This document shows, one piece after another, positions 29,656 through 39,289 of a stretch of DNA of 64,000 bases. The DNA comes from Promethearchaeota archaeon (GTDB lineage: Archaea; Asgardarchaeota; Thorarchaeia; Thorarchaeales; Thorarchaeaceae). The notes below the pieces were generated by a model, which ran no database searches, was not told the origin of the DNA, and worked only from the letters and a program-made list of their open reading frames with translations. The first letter of the stretch is position 1; the number at the start of each line of letters is the position of its first letter. The position numbers were made by a program, and so were the translations under genes. The stretch covers positions 36,191-100,190 of the forward strand of contig WJIL01000006.1 in NCBI GenBank assembly GCA_014730275.1, in the 5' to 3' direction.

Positions 29656-30935
29656 AGCGCCCGCAATGCCTCCAGCAAATCTTTCATTATGTAAGGCAGA
29701 GGAACTCTAGAAAACATTTCATGAGTTGCCAACTGCAGCATCTTCTTTCGTTGTCCTTCTCCCTTGAAGGTATTCCGAGCGATAGCGTTGATGGTCTCAG
29801 CGTATTCTGTATGAAGCCGTGGATTTGACAAGAAGTCTGGTGCATGCTTGAATCGCCTAAGGTTACCTATGATGCCCCACTTCTCCAGATGATGCCAATA
29901 GGAGCTAAGCTGGGATTTTGAGAAATCTCCAGCGCTGACCGCATTTCGGACTGCTTGAGCAGCTGCTATGCCAGACGAAATTGCATAATTCATACCTTCG
30001 AATGCATATCCTAGATTCAAAACAAGTCCTGCAGCATCACCGACAACAATGATGCCATCATCGTAGAGCTTAGGCATACCACTGTATCCAGATTCAGATA
30101 CCAAATGAGCAGAATACTCGATAAGCTCTCCACCAGCAATCATCCTTCTGACAAGAGGGTGTGATTTCAGAGGGGCTACCAATTCAGGTGCTTCTAATCG
30201 TCCAGACTCAAAGCCGGATAAATGTGCCACCGATCCGAGAGAGATCGTGTTCAGATTCGTATAGAGAAAGCCACCCCCAGCTTCTCCCAGAGTGCATCCC
30301 AAAAATGAATGTGCAACTCCTTGCGAGCCCTCCAATCCAAACCGTTCTTCAATAATCTCTCGCGGTAAAGAATAGACCTCTTTTACACCTAGGCCCATTT
30401 CTGAAGGTTCTAGGGTTCCCTTCAATCCAGCATCGGTCGAGACCATCGAATTTACACCATCAGCGGCTATAACCACATCAGCGTGGACCTCTTCCCCATC
30501 AGAACGAATTCCGATTACTCTCTGGTCATCTTCGATAACGCCTTCAACAAGCACTCCCTCTACAAGAAGAGCACCTGCATTCTCGGCCATCTGAGAAAAC
30601 CATCTATCGAATTTGCTCCTGTTGATGGTATATGTTGAGTTGTCAGAAGCAAAGCTATCTCCTGAGCTGTATTCTAAAGTCGTTGCCGAATCGCCAGATA
30701 GAAAGGACACCCGGTGTTTGTTCACATGCCGCTCCACTGGAGATATTTCCCAAACATTGGGAATGAGTTTCTCCAAAACAGAGCCATTCAGAAGGCATCC
30801 GGATACATTCTTCTCGCCCGGTTTCTGTGCTCGGTCAACAAGCATCACTTCATGTCCAGTCTTGGCTAGAACGTAGGCAGCTGCACTTCCTGCAGGACCA
30901 GCACCGACAACAATGGTCTGTACTTTCTCTGGCAT
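29652..30935 (-). CDS. FixC-like FAD-dependent oxidoreductase (ETF-QO / geranylgeranyl-reductase superfamily)
   Basis: 'TIVVGAGPAGSAAAYVLAKTGHEVMLVDRAQKPGEK' Rossmann FAD motif; 4-nt overlap with the FixX-like gene. ATG at 30935 preferred over GTG 30944. Confidence 0.7.
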   Translation of the reverse strand: MPEKVQTIVVGAGPAGSAAAYVLAKTGHEVMLVDRAQKPGEKNVSGCLLNGSVLEKLIPNVWEISPVERHVNKHRVSFLSGDSATTLEYSSGDSFASDNSTYTINRSKFDRWFSQMAENAGALLVEGVLVEGVIEDDQRVIGIRSDGEEVHADVVIAADGVNSMVSTDAGLKGTLEPSEMGLGVKEVYSLPREIIEERFGLEGSQGVAHSFLGCTLGEAGGGFLYTNLNTISLGSVAHLSGFESGRLEAPELVAPLKSHPLVRRMIAGGELIEYSAHLVSESGYSGMPKLYDDGIIVVGDAAGLVLNLGYAFEGMNYAISSGIAAAQAVRNAVSAGDFSKSQLSSYWHHLEKWGIIGNLRRFKHAPDFLSNPRLHTEYAETINAIARNTFKGEGQRKKMLQLATHEMFSRVPLPYIMKDLLEALRAL

Positions 30936-30972
30936 CAATCCCACCCTTTAGGAGAATCTATGCAGTCATCCT

Positions 30973-32484
30973 CTAGATTTTGGACTCAGCTAGGTCTTGC
31001 TGTATCAAATCGGTTGTAATATCTGCAGACATGATAACGCTGGGAACTCCTGCACCAGGATGTGTTCCTGCACCGACTAGATAGAGCCCCTTAATGTCTC
31101 GTGATCGATTATGTGGTCTGAAGTAACCAGATTGCATAAGTAGCGGTTGTAGTGAGAAAGCTGTTCCTTTGTACGAATTGAATTCGTCCTTGAAGTCCTG
31201 CGGCGTAAATACACGTTCGACAGCGAGATTATCAAGCAGACCCGGTAATACACGTTCATCTAGATGTTCAAGAATGTGATTTTTGAAATCCGCTTTTTTG
31301 GTCTCCCAGTCCGTATTAGAATCCAAGTTAGTTACCGGTGTACAAGCGTACATCGTCTCGCATCCCGGAGGTGCAAGCTCTGGATCCGTACGCGTGGGGA
31401 TATGCAAGTACGTGGAGAAATCATCTGGAATCACATTGTTCTTGAAGATATCATCTATCAGTCCGCGATATCGGGGTCCAAAGACAATGCTATGATGTGT
31501 CATATCAGGATACGTCTTCTCGACGCCAAAATAGACCATGAAAAGGCTCATGCTCCAATCTGCTTTTCTATACCGTTTGTCGCTGTTCTTGCTTCGTTGT
31601 CGTTCATCTATCAAGCTAATGTAGGTCTCTGCCACGTCAGAATTGCAAACAACAATATCGGCATCGTAGTATTTGCCATCACTGGTTTCTACGCCTTCTA
31701 CAGCCCCACTTCTGTCAACAGGAATGGCAATGACTTCAGAATTCAATTTGATAGTCCCGCCCAGCTCCTCAAACACTTGACCCATTGCATCCACAAGTTT
31801 GTGAGTGCCTCCTTTGACCCACCACACGCCGTGCTTCTCTTCAATGTACGTGATGAGAGTATAGATAGCCGTTGCATCGAAAGGGTTACCACCAATAAAC
31901 AGTGGATTGAAGGATAATGCCATGCGAAGACGTTCATCGTCGACATAGTCTGATACAAACCCATAGACGCTCTTGTAGGCTTTGTATCTAAGGCCTGCAG
32001 GCGCCATCTTCGCCATACTCCAGATTGTTTCGAAGGGCATCGATCCAAACTTCTCAAAACCAAGTTCGTAGATTGGTTTAACTTTGTCTAAAAACTTGCG
32101 GTAACCATCTACGTCCTCCGGACTCATTTTCTGGATTTCAGCGATATTATCCTCATATCCACCATAATCCATGGTTGTGCCATCGGGGAAGTAAAGTCGA
32201 TATTTTGGCAACACACGCTCAAGTTCAACATAATCCTCCAATTTCTTGCCTGCAGCCTCGAAAACATCATGAACCACAGTAGGAGGTGTAACGATGGTGG
32301 GGCCTGTATCGAACGTATAGCCCTTCTCGGTGAAGACTCCCGCTCTACCTCCTAATTGATGTCTCTTTTCCAATAACGTGACTTCATGGCCATTCGCTTG
32401 GATTCGTATTGCAGCTGCTAGTCCACCTAGACCTCCACCTACAACACAGACATTTCGCCTATCAGTCTTTGTTTCATTTGACAT
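30973..32484 (-). CDS. crtI: Phytoene desaturase (CrtI family)
   Basis: 'NVCVVGGGLGGLAAAIRIQANGHEVTLLEKRHQLGGRAG' FAD motif; C-terminal 'GLYLVGAGTHPGAGVPSVIMSA' CrtI signature. ATG 32484 has a 'gagggt' SD; alternative ATG at 32502. Confidence 0.8.
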   Translation of the reverse strand: MSNETKTDRRNVCVVGGGLGGLAAAIRIQANGHEVTLLEKRHQLGGRAGVFTEKGYTFDTGPTIVTPPTVVHDVFEAAGKKLEDYVELERVLPKYRLYFPDGTTMDYGGYEDNIAEIQKMSPEDVDGYRKFLDKVKPIYELGFEKFGSMPFETIWSMAKMAPAGLRYKAYKSVYGFVSDYVDDERLRMALSFNPLFIGGNPFDATAIYTLITYIEEKHGVWWVKGGTHKLVDAMGQVFEELGGTIKLNSEVIAIPVDRSGAVEGVETSDGKYYDADIVVCNSDVAETYISLIDERQRSKNSDKRYRKADWSMSLFMVYFGVEKTYPDMTHHSIVFGPRYRGLIDDIFKNNVIPDDFSTYLHIPTRTDPELAPPGCETMYACTPVTNLDSNTDWETKKADFKNHILEHLDERVLPGLLDNLAVERVFTPQDFKDEFNSYKGTAFSLQPLLMQSGYFRPHNRSRDIKGLYLVGAGTHPGAGVPSVIMSADITTDLIQQDLAESKI

Positions 32485-32520
32485 AGTAATTTCTACCCTC
32501 ATTGTAATTGGTTGCTTGGA

Positions 32521-33486
32521 CTACCTCTGCCCTTTGCGGACTAAATCGTATGTTTTCTTCTCTTGATTGTATTTCCTGCGCAGTTTGAAAGCAATCCAGA
32601 GCTTCCTCCATTTTGGCACCACGGCCCGCTTCTCAAAGACCTGATAATCCATCTTTTCAATTTCATGCATGATTTCACCATAAACTTCCGCCGCAACTCT
32701 CACAGTAAAAGAAGCAGCCGGTGGCAAATCCTGTAAACCAATTTCGGCCTTTGCATAAATTGAATGAGCTCGAGCGATTTCGTGTTTGAGAAGCAATTCG
32801 AAATTAGGAGAAACTGTACGATTTTCAAAATCAGATATCGGTACCCTGAATTCGTCTCTTAGCTTCTTGGGCAAATAGATTCTGCCGTTGTCATAGTCTT
32901 CAGCAACGTCTCTCAATATGTTGGTAAGTTGAAGTGCTACTCCCAAATCAGCAGCGCGATCCAAAGTTTCTGGGTCAGTACTTCCCCAAATGTGGCACAT
33001 CATCAAACCAACCGTCGAAGCCACATGATAGCAGTATCTGTCCAACTCTTCCACAGTTTCAATTTCTTTCAGACGCAGGTCCATTCTGACGCCTTCAATC
33101 AGTTCATGCAGATATCGAACCGGTATCCTGTACTTCACCATAGTATGACCGAATGCTCTGAAAAGTGGATGGGAGAAAACCTCGCCCTTCGCCAAGCGTT
33201 CAGCAATATCTTTCAAGAGATCCAGTTCATGCTCGATCTCCTTGACGGTCAGCTCCATCTCATCGGCGAAATCATCAACCAATCTGCAGAACCCATACAG
33301 AGCAGCAATTGATTTCCGTTCTTCTTCATTCAAATATCGAGACGCAAAATGAAACGATCGAGCATGCAATTTGAAAACATCCATGCAGTACTCGTAACTC
33401 AAGTCCAAATCTGGTGCATCTAAATCGTCACTGCTATGTACTTCTGATGGTAATGTCGCCAAATGCGCGTGGTATTCACTCAGCAT
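32521..33486 (-). CDS. crtB: Phytoene synthase (CrtB; squalene/phytoene synthase family)
   Basis: 'YCMDVFKLHARSFHFASRYL', first Asp-rich motif 'FCRLVDDFADE', 'YLPKKLRDEF'. The ORF track extends to 33681; ATG at 33486 gives a typical ~320-aa CrtB. Confidence 0.8.
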   Translation of the reverse strand: MLSEYHAHLATLPSEVHSSDDLDAPDLDLSYEYCMDVFKLHARSFHFASRYLNEEERKSIAALYGFCRLVDDFADEMELTVKEIEHELDLLKDIAERLAKGEVFSHPLFRAFGHTMVKYRIPVRYLHELIEGVRMDLRLKEIETVEELDRYCYHVASTVGLMMCHIWGSTDPETLDRAADLGVALQLTNILRDVAEDYDNGRIYLPKKLRDEFRVPISDFENRTVSPNFELLLKHEIARAHSIYAKAEIGLQDLPPAASFTVRVAAEVYGEIMHEIEKMDYQVFEKRAVVPKWRKLWIAFKLRRKYNQEKKTYDLVRKGQR

Positions 33487-33742
33487 ATTCCTACTCCTCT
33501 CTACAGACACCCGGCACCTGTGACTGTGGGATTCTTGTTCCCACCTGAGCAATCCTGTTCTCTCCTCACGAAAGCCCATCTGTCTAAGATTTTTAGCACT
33601 ATCACAAAATATTGCTTTTAAACTAATAGATATTCCCTTGCCATTCTGTCGAATCGAGATTAGTGAAACAACGGTCATCACAGAGGGAGTAGGGTAACCA
33701 TATTAGGGATGGTTTCAGTAGATAATAGAGGAGTGAACTCAC

Positions 33743-35215
33743 TTGAGGATTGGAGTGATTGGAACAGGCATCGGTGGCCTATCTGCAGCAGCTTTGCTAG
33801 GCAAGCAAGGCCATGAGGTTGTCCTTATCGAGAAAACCGATAGACCTGGAGGAAGAGCACGTGTTTGGAAGAAAGACGGTTTCGTTTTCGATATGGGGCC
33901 GTCTTGGTATCTCATGCCAGAAATTTTTGATCACTACTTCGAGCATTTCGGAAGAAAAGCAGAAGATTTCTACGATCTCATACGACTGAATCCATCGTAC
34001 CGTATTTTCTTCCCGGAACGCGAAATCATTGACATCTCAGCGAATCTTGAAGAAAACATGGAACTGTTTGATCAACTGGAGGAGAATGGCGCTGAGAAAC
34101 TTCGGGAATACCTTGACCAAGCTGAAGAAAAATATGAATACCTGCTGGATGGTCTTATGTATGAGAACCTCTCGGGTATTCTATCGATGCTGAATCCAAA
34201 GCTGTGGCGGGCAGGTTGGAAACTCAGTATCCTTTCCAACATTGATGGCTTGGTTAGCAAGTACTTCGATGATGAACGAAGCAAGAAAATACTCGAGTAT
34301 TCCATAGTGTTCCTTGGAGGCAATCCCGAGAACACACCCGCGTTGTACTCGATGATTTCTCACATTGATTTCAATCTAGGCGTTTGGTATCCATATGGCG
34401 GAATTGGCAAAATCGTGGAGGCCCTCGTTTCATTGTGTGAGGAATACAACGTTGAATTCAGGTACAATACTGAAGTGGAACATATACAAGTAGAGAACAA
34501 GAAAGCAAGCAAGCTGATAACCAACAAAGGTTCTATCGATGGGGATATCTTCGTTGTCAATGCAGATTACCCACATTCCGAAACAGACCTTCTAGAAAAG
34601 CAATATCAGCAGTATCCAGAAAGATACTGGGAGGGCAAAACCATTGCTCCGTCAGCATTCGTTCTCTATCTCGGTCTTGACAAGAAAATCGATTCCTTGA
34701 CTCACCACAATGTTATCCTTGATCACGATTGGGTAGCGCACTTTAACCAAATTTTCGATGAACCGGGATGGCCGGATAAACCCGCATACTATCTTTGCTG
34801 CCCTTCGAGGAAGGATGATACGGTTGCACCTGAAGGAATGGAGAACATATTCGTGACCGTGCCGATATCACCAGGGCTGGAAGATACCCCTGATCACCGA
34901 GAGATGTATTTCAAAAAGATAGTCTCCCACATGGAGAAAGTGATTGGGGAACCTATTGAAGATTCAATTGTGGTTAGACGTATCTTCACACTGGATGATT
35001 TTGCCAATGAGTACAACGCGTACAAAGGAACTGCTGTTGGACTTACTCACACCTTCAGTCAGTCAGCATTCTTTAGACCAAGGCACGACAGCAAGAAAGT
35101 GGATAATCTCTATTACACTGGGCAATATACACACCCGGGAATCGGCGTACCAATGGCATTAATCTCTTCAGAGATTGTTGCCGACATGATAACCGAAGAT
35201 TATGACATTGCATGA
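33743..35215 (+). CDS. CrtI-family carotenoid desaturase (CrtD-like, carotenoid 3,4-desaturase candidate)
   Basis: 'IGVIGTGIGGLSAAALLGKQGHEVVLIEKTDRPGGRAR' FAD motif; C-terminal 'LYYTGQYTHPGIGVPMALISSEI'. TTG start with an upstream 'aggag'. Confidence 0.75.
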   Translation: MRIGVIGTGIGGLSAAALLGKQGHEVVLIEKTDRPGGRARVWKKDGFVFDMGPSWYLMPEIFDHYFEHFGRKAEDFYDLIRLNPSYRIFFPEREIIDISANLEENMELFDQLEENGAEKLREYLDQAEEKYEYLLDGLMYENLSGILSMLNPKLWRAGWKLSILSNIDGLVSKYFDDERSKKILEYSIVFLGGNPENTPALYSMISHIDFNLGVWYPYGGIGKIVEALVSLCEEYNVEFRYNTEVEHIQVENKKASKLITNKGSIDGDIFVVNADYPHSETDLLEKQYQQYPERYWEGKTIAPSAFVLYLGLDKKIDSLTHHNVILDHDWVAHFNQIFDEPGWPDKPAYYLCCPSRKDDTVAPEGMENIFVTVPISPGLEDTPDHREMYFKKIVSHMEKVIGEPIEDSIVVRRIFTLDDFANEYNAYKGTAVGLTHTFSQSAFFRPRHDSKKVDNLYYTGQYTHPGIGVPMALISSEIVADMITEDYDIA

Positions 35216-35231
35216 TGGAGAATAAGTGTGA

Positions 35232-36092
35232 ATGACGAATATCCTGAAGCTTGCTTATAGCATTTCAAGAGTCAGGTTCTGGCTGTACTTGGGTGGAACC
35301 TACCTCGTAGGCTATATTATCGGCATTTCTACAGTGGGCCAACTCATTGACCCTTTTTTCATCGCGCACCTCTTCTACTTCATGATCCCAGCCAATGTAC
35401 TTCTCTATGGTGTAAATGATCTCTCAGATCGTGATACGGATATGTTCAACCCAAAGAAAGGCGACAAAGAGTACAAGACCAAACAACAAGACCTAAAGAA
35501 GCTCTATGCTCTCGTAGGACTTTCTTTTCTATATGGCTTCATTCTCATGTTTTTCCAAAGTGATCTTACCGCAATTTTGCTTTTCGCGTCCTGGATGGTT
35601 CTTTCCGTTCTTTATAGCGTAGAACCAATCAGATTGAAAGCGGTACCTGTTTTAGATTTCACATCGAATTTCCTTTACGTTATTCCAGCGCTCTTGGCAA
35701 TATATCAAACTAAAGGAACTATTCCGCCTCTAATTCCGGTATTTGCTGCGTTCTGTTGGACAGCCGCAATGCAGCTCTTCTCTGCTGTTCCAGATATCGA
35801 GGCGGATAGAAAAGCAGACGTAAGAACCACAGCAGTAGCCATTGGGAAAAGAGCCTCGCTTCTCCTGTGTTTGGTATTCTGGGTCCTCTTCGCAGTGATT
35901 CTTGTTTTTGTTCATCCGTGGAATTACCCATGGAATCTCCTCACCTTTGTGTATCCCATGATTCCGGTTTACCTTATTCTAAAGCGGGAAGCTGATGTTA
36001 GCAGGGTCTACTGGTTCTTTCCCTACTGGAATGGCATCTTCGGTATGATAATCTTCTTCACTATTGGGCTTCCGAAACTGGGGATGATTTGA
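35232..36092 (+). CDS. UbiA-family prenyltransferase (lycopene elongase LyeJ-like candidate)
   Basis: Asp-rich 'NDLSDRDTDMFNPKK' motif and second 'DIEADRKAD' motif in a ~9-TM protein; sits between the CrtD-like and CruF-like genes. Confidence 0.65.
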   Translation: MTNILKLAYSISRVRFWLYLGGTYLVGYIIGISTVGQLIDPFFIAHLFYFMIPANVLLYGVNDLSDRDTDMFNPKKGDKEYKTKQQDLKKLYALVGLSFLYGFILMFFQSDLTAILLFASWMVLSVLYSVEPIRLKAVPVLDFTSNFLYVIPALLAIYQTKGTIPPLIPVFAAFCWTAAMQLFSAVPDIEADRKADVRTTAVAIGKRASLLLCLVFWVLFAVILVFVHPWNYPWNLLTFVYPMIPVYLILKREADVSRVYWFFPYWNGIFGMIIFFTIGLPKLGMI

Positions 36093-36868
36093 TGCAACTG
36101 AAGAAATCAAATGATGTGTTGTTGGCTGTATTCTGTGGAGCCTTCTTCCTGTCAAGTTACCTAGTGGCAAATGTTCCGATTGGCGAGTCGGTTACATGGG
36201 TTTCTGCCTTTTTCATTGTGGCCTTAGCTCTACCTTCTTACTACTATTTTATCAAGTGGGCAGGCCCAAAAAAGGGGATGTTGATACTGATTCTTTTCGC
36301 GATATTTCCAGTTATCATCGAATCGATCGGAATCTCAACAGGAATACCATACGGAAGCTTCCACTATGCTGAGACCATGGGATTCAAGATTCTTGGTTTG
36401 GTTCCATGGAGTGTTACTTTTGCATTTGGTCCATTGCTTCTTGGTTCCATGACGGTCACAACACGACTTTCTCAGAACGCGTCCTTAGCCATCCCGGCTA
36501 GCGCAATTGTGCTCGTCCTAGTTGACCTCGTGCTTGATCCTGCAGCAGTAGTACTCAATATTTGGGTCTGGTCACAACCAGGTGCCTATTATGGGGTTCC
36601 CCTCGTAAATTTCGTCGGATGGTTCATTACTGGAACTGTAGCATCAATTATCTTTCATCTACTTACGAGAGCGAATTCAGATAAGATGGTTCAAATGCCT
36701 CGGACTATAGCAAGTAGTCTGTTCATCATACTATCGTTTTGGAGTGGGTTCTCACTCTGGAAGGGGCTATTCGTTCCGCTTCTTGTTGGCATACTGTTGA
36801 TTGGTTTCCTTTCTTGGAGACTATACTATCCTCAGCTAACTATCCGCAATCGCCAGAAAAAGAACTAG
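36089..36868 (+). CDS. Polytopic membrane protein, CruF-like carotenoid hydratase candidate
   Basis: ATGA overlap with the upstream UbiA gene; ~7 TM helices; the position after CrtD-like/LyeJ-like mirrors the bacterioruberin triad. Family assignment by context, not motif. Confidence 0.4.
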   Translation: MMQLKKSNDVLLAVFCGAFFLSSYLVANVPIGESVTWVSAFFIVALALPSYYYFIKWAGPKKGMLILILFAIFPVIIESIGISTGIPYGSFHYAETMGFKILGLVPWSVTFAFGPLLLGSMTVTTRLSQNASLAIPASAIVLVLVDLVLDPAAVVLNIWVWSQPGAYYGVPLVNFVGWFITGTVASIIFHLLTRANSDKMVQMPRTIASSLFIILSFWSGFSLWKGLFVPLLVGILLIGFLSWRLYYPQLTIRNRQKKN

Positions 36869-36934
36869 AGAATCCACATAGCAGAACTTAAGAAGATACA
36901 TCTATGATGCAGAGCAATACAGGAGAGGACACAC

Positions 36935-37963
36935 GTGGATAATGACTTGCAACACCTCATCAGTACTGACAAGTCTCAGGCTGATCAAATGCTGCCTAAT
37001 TTTCTAGAGTTAGCAGAGATACAATCAAGGCTGCAAAGGATTGATGGTTACATTAACGAATTCATGGCCTCTAATCAGGGGAAACCCGAGATTCTCTACG
37101 AAGCAGCATACCATCTGATAAAGGCAGGAGGAAAGAGACTCAGGTCACTTATTGCCGTACTCGCGTGTGAGGCAGTTGGGGGAGAAATCGAAGATGTCTT
37201 ACCGGTTGCCTTAGCAGCTGAACTACTCCAAACTGCAAGTCTAATTCATGATGATCTGATTGACGATGACGAGACAAGACGAGGCGTGCCAACGGTCCAT
37301 AGCATCTTCGGTAGAAAAACTGCACTTCTCGCAGGTGACTTGTTGATATCACAGGCCATTCGCCTTCTAGGTGATTATGGAGAACCAGATCTTCTGAGTC
37401 ACATAGGTGTCGGGGGAACAAAAATGTGCGAAGGAGAAGCTGCAGATTTATACCTCAGCCCAGAAAGGCCGGAAGATTATACGCTTGAGGAGTACTTAGA
37501 AATAACGCAGCGAAAGACTGTATCATTCATTGAAGCCGCCGTTGCAATAGGCGTTAGAATCGGGGGTGGGGATGAAGTGAAAACAAAAGCACTCAAGGAT
37601 TATGCAAAAGGCATGGGTGTAGCGTTTCAGATTCGTGATGACATCCTCGATGTCCAGTCTCATGAACACACTGTTGGAAAGACAACAAAGTCAGACCTGC
37701 GTTTGGGCAGACCAAACTATGTCATTCTTAGCGCATTGAGATACAGCGACGAAGAAACAGGACAGAAGTTATTCAAAGCGCTAGTTGACGAAGATATTCA
37801 TAAAGTACTTCAAATCGTCGATGAAACTGCTGTTGTTGCTCTCGCGAAGGAAGATGCAAAGCAACACATAACCAAAGCGAAGAGGGCACTTCGAGAAGTC
37901 AAGATACTCAAAAAGCATCTTCTTAATAGGATGGCAGATTACGTAATTCATCGAAATGTCTGA
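36935..37963 (+). CDS. idsA: Polyprenyl (geranylgeranyl) diphosphate synthase
   Basis: FARM 'LIHDDLIDDDETRRG' and SARM 'IRDDILDV'; GTG start with 'aggagagg' SD. Confidence 0.85.
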   Translation: MDNDLQHLISTDKSQADQMLPNFLELAEIQSRLQRIDGYINEFMASNQGKPEILYEAAYHLIKAGGKRLRSLIAVLACEAVGGEIEDVLPVALAAELLQTASLIHDDLIDDDETRRGVPTVHSIFGRKTALLAGDLLISQAIRLLGDYGEPDLLSHIGVGGTKMCEGEAADLYLSPERPEDYTLEEYLEITQRKTVSFIEAAVAIGVRIGGGDEVKTKALKDYAKGMGVAFQIRDDILDVQSHEHTVGKTTKSDLRLGRPNYVILSALRYSDEETGQKLFKALVDEDIHKVLQIVDETAVVALAKEDAKQHITKAKRALREVKILKKHLLNRMADYVIHRNV

Positions 37964-37975
37964 TAGAAACAGAGT

Positions 37976-39043
37976 GTGGTTTTAATGGGGTTATCCCATG
38001 AGAAGGGAGACACGAGAGAATCAAAAAGAAACAGATTCAACTCCATTGTATCATGGATAATATTGATACGACCACCGTTCCTACTAGCAACCGCCGGTTC
38101 CATAGCTGTTGGTGGAGCAGTAGCATTTTCCGAAACTGGTTCTTTCAATTGGTTCCTGTTTGCTCTAACCATTATGTCAGGAGTTCTCATTCATATGGGC
38201 ACCAATGCCGCAAATGATTACTTCGACCATATGAGCGGTAATGACGATATTAACGTAAACTATGTCAAGCCATTTACAGGCGGTAGTCGCATGATACAAC
38301 AAGGAAGGCTTAATCCCAAAGACATTCTGAGTGTCTCTGTATCTTTGCTAACTATTGCTGCTCTGATTGGTTTCTACCTCTTTCTAAGCGTAGGGTGGAT
38401 TGTCCTCATACTGGGTTTATTCGGCGCATTCTCGGGTTTTTTCTACGCTGCCCCACCTATCCGCTTGGCAAGCAAAGGCATTGGAGAAATCCTAGTAGGG
38501 CTAAACTTCGGTATATTGCTCATCATCGGCACGTACTATGTTCAAACGGAATCTTTCGGCCTTCAACCGCTATTAGTATCGATTCCTATCGCTCTTTCAA
38601 TATCAGCCGTATTGTGGATCAACGAATTCCCAGATTATCAAGCGGATAAGCAAGTTGGGAAGGATACTATGGTAGTAAGAATAGGATTGCGAAGGGCATC
38701 TCATGTCTTTGTGGCTTTGATCCTGTCCGTCTATATTCTCTATGCGGTGTTTATCATTTCCGATTCTATCAACCACTACTCATCTTTTGTGTTCTGTACA
38801 GTTCCCCTAGGTGTGGTTTCCGTGATTGAAGCACGAAACCGGTATCCGTTTCCAGAGACCCTCGCACCAGCCAACGCATCAGCGGTTTTGAATCATCTAG
38901 TCCTTCTCGGATTATTAATCTCAGCTTATCTAGCTGCTTCAATCAAAGCACCAACTACCATGCTTATTCTAACAGGAACTGTAGTACTATTGATTTGTTT
39001 TGCTTTAGCAGCCGGTTGCAGAAGACTAGAAGCAAGCAAATGA
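37976..39043 (+). CDS. UbiA-family prenyltransferase (MenA/DHNA-polyprenyltransferase-like)
   Basis: 'NAANDYFDHMSGNDD' Asp-rich motif; 8-9 TM helices. Confidence 0.65.
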   Translation: MVLMGLSHEKGDTRESKRNRFNSIVSWIILIRPPFLLATAGSIAVGGAVAFSETGSFNWFLFALTIMSGVLIHMGTNAANDYFDHMSGNDDINVNYVKPFTGGSRMIQQGRLNPKDILSVSVSLLTIAALIGFYLFLSVGWIVLILGLFGAFSGFFYAAPPIRLASKGIGEILVGLNFGILLIIGTYYVQTESFGLQPLLVSIPIALSISAVLWINEFPDYQADKQVGKDTMVVRIGLRRASHVFVALILSVYILYAVFIISDSINHYSSFVFCTVPLGVVSVIEARNRYPFPETLAPANASAVLNHLVLLGLLISAYLAASIKAPTTMLILTGTVVLLICFALAAGCRRLEASK

Positions 39044-39141
39044 CAGTCCATCCAAAATACGACCTTAAATGCCAATGCCAAGAATCACACATGAGCCGCA
39101 CCATTGTGGTCGGTTCCAACCTCGAAACGACATCTGCTCTA

Positions 39142-39180
39142 GCCGGTGGCGAGTATCCTCCCGTCACCGGCACCTTTTTG
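39142..39180 (+). terminator. Hairpin + T5 terminator-like element after 37976..39043
   Basis: gccggtg(39142-39148)...caccggc(39165-39171) 7-bp stem, then 'ttttt' at 39175-39179. Confidence 0.45.
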
Positions 39181-39289
39181 TTCCAAAATAGTACCCCTTT
39201 AGTCTGTTATAACAACACCTATTAACATCAAATAGTAATTTTGTTTGAGGCTTGGAGAAGCGAGTGTACCTTACGGCAGATGTAGTACC

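Noticed and set aside
31264-31917. 217-aa + strand ORF antisense to crtI
   Set aside because: Embedded in the CrtI CDS; translation lacks features.
32521-33681. The full 386-aa ORF-track version of crtB
   Set aside because: The first 65 residues are Arg/Ser/His-rich with no similarity to phytoene synthases. ATG at 33486 yields the canonical length.
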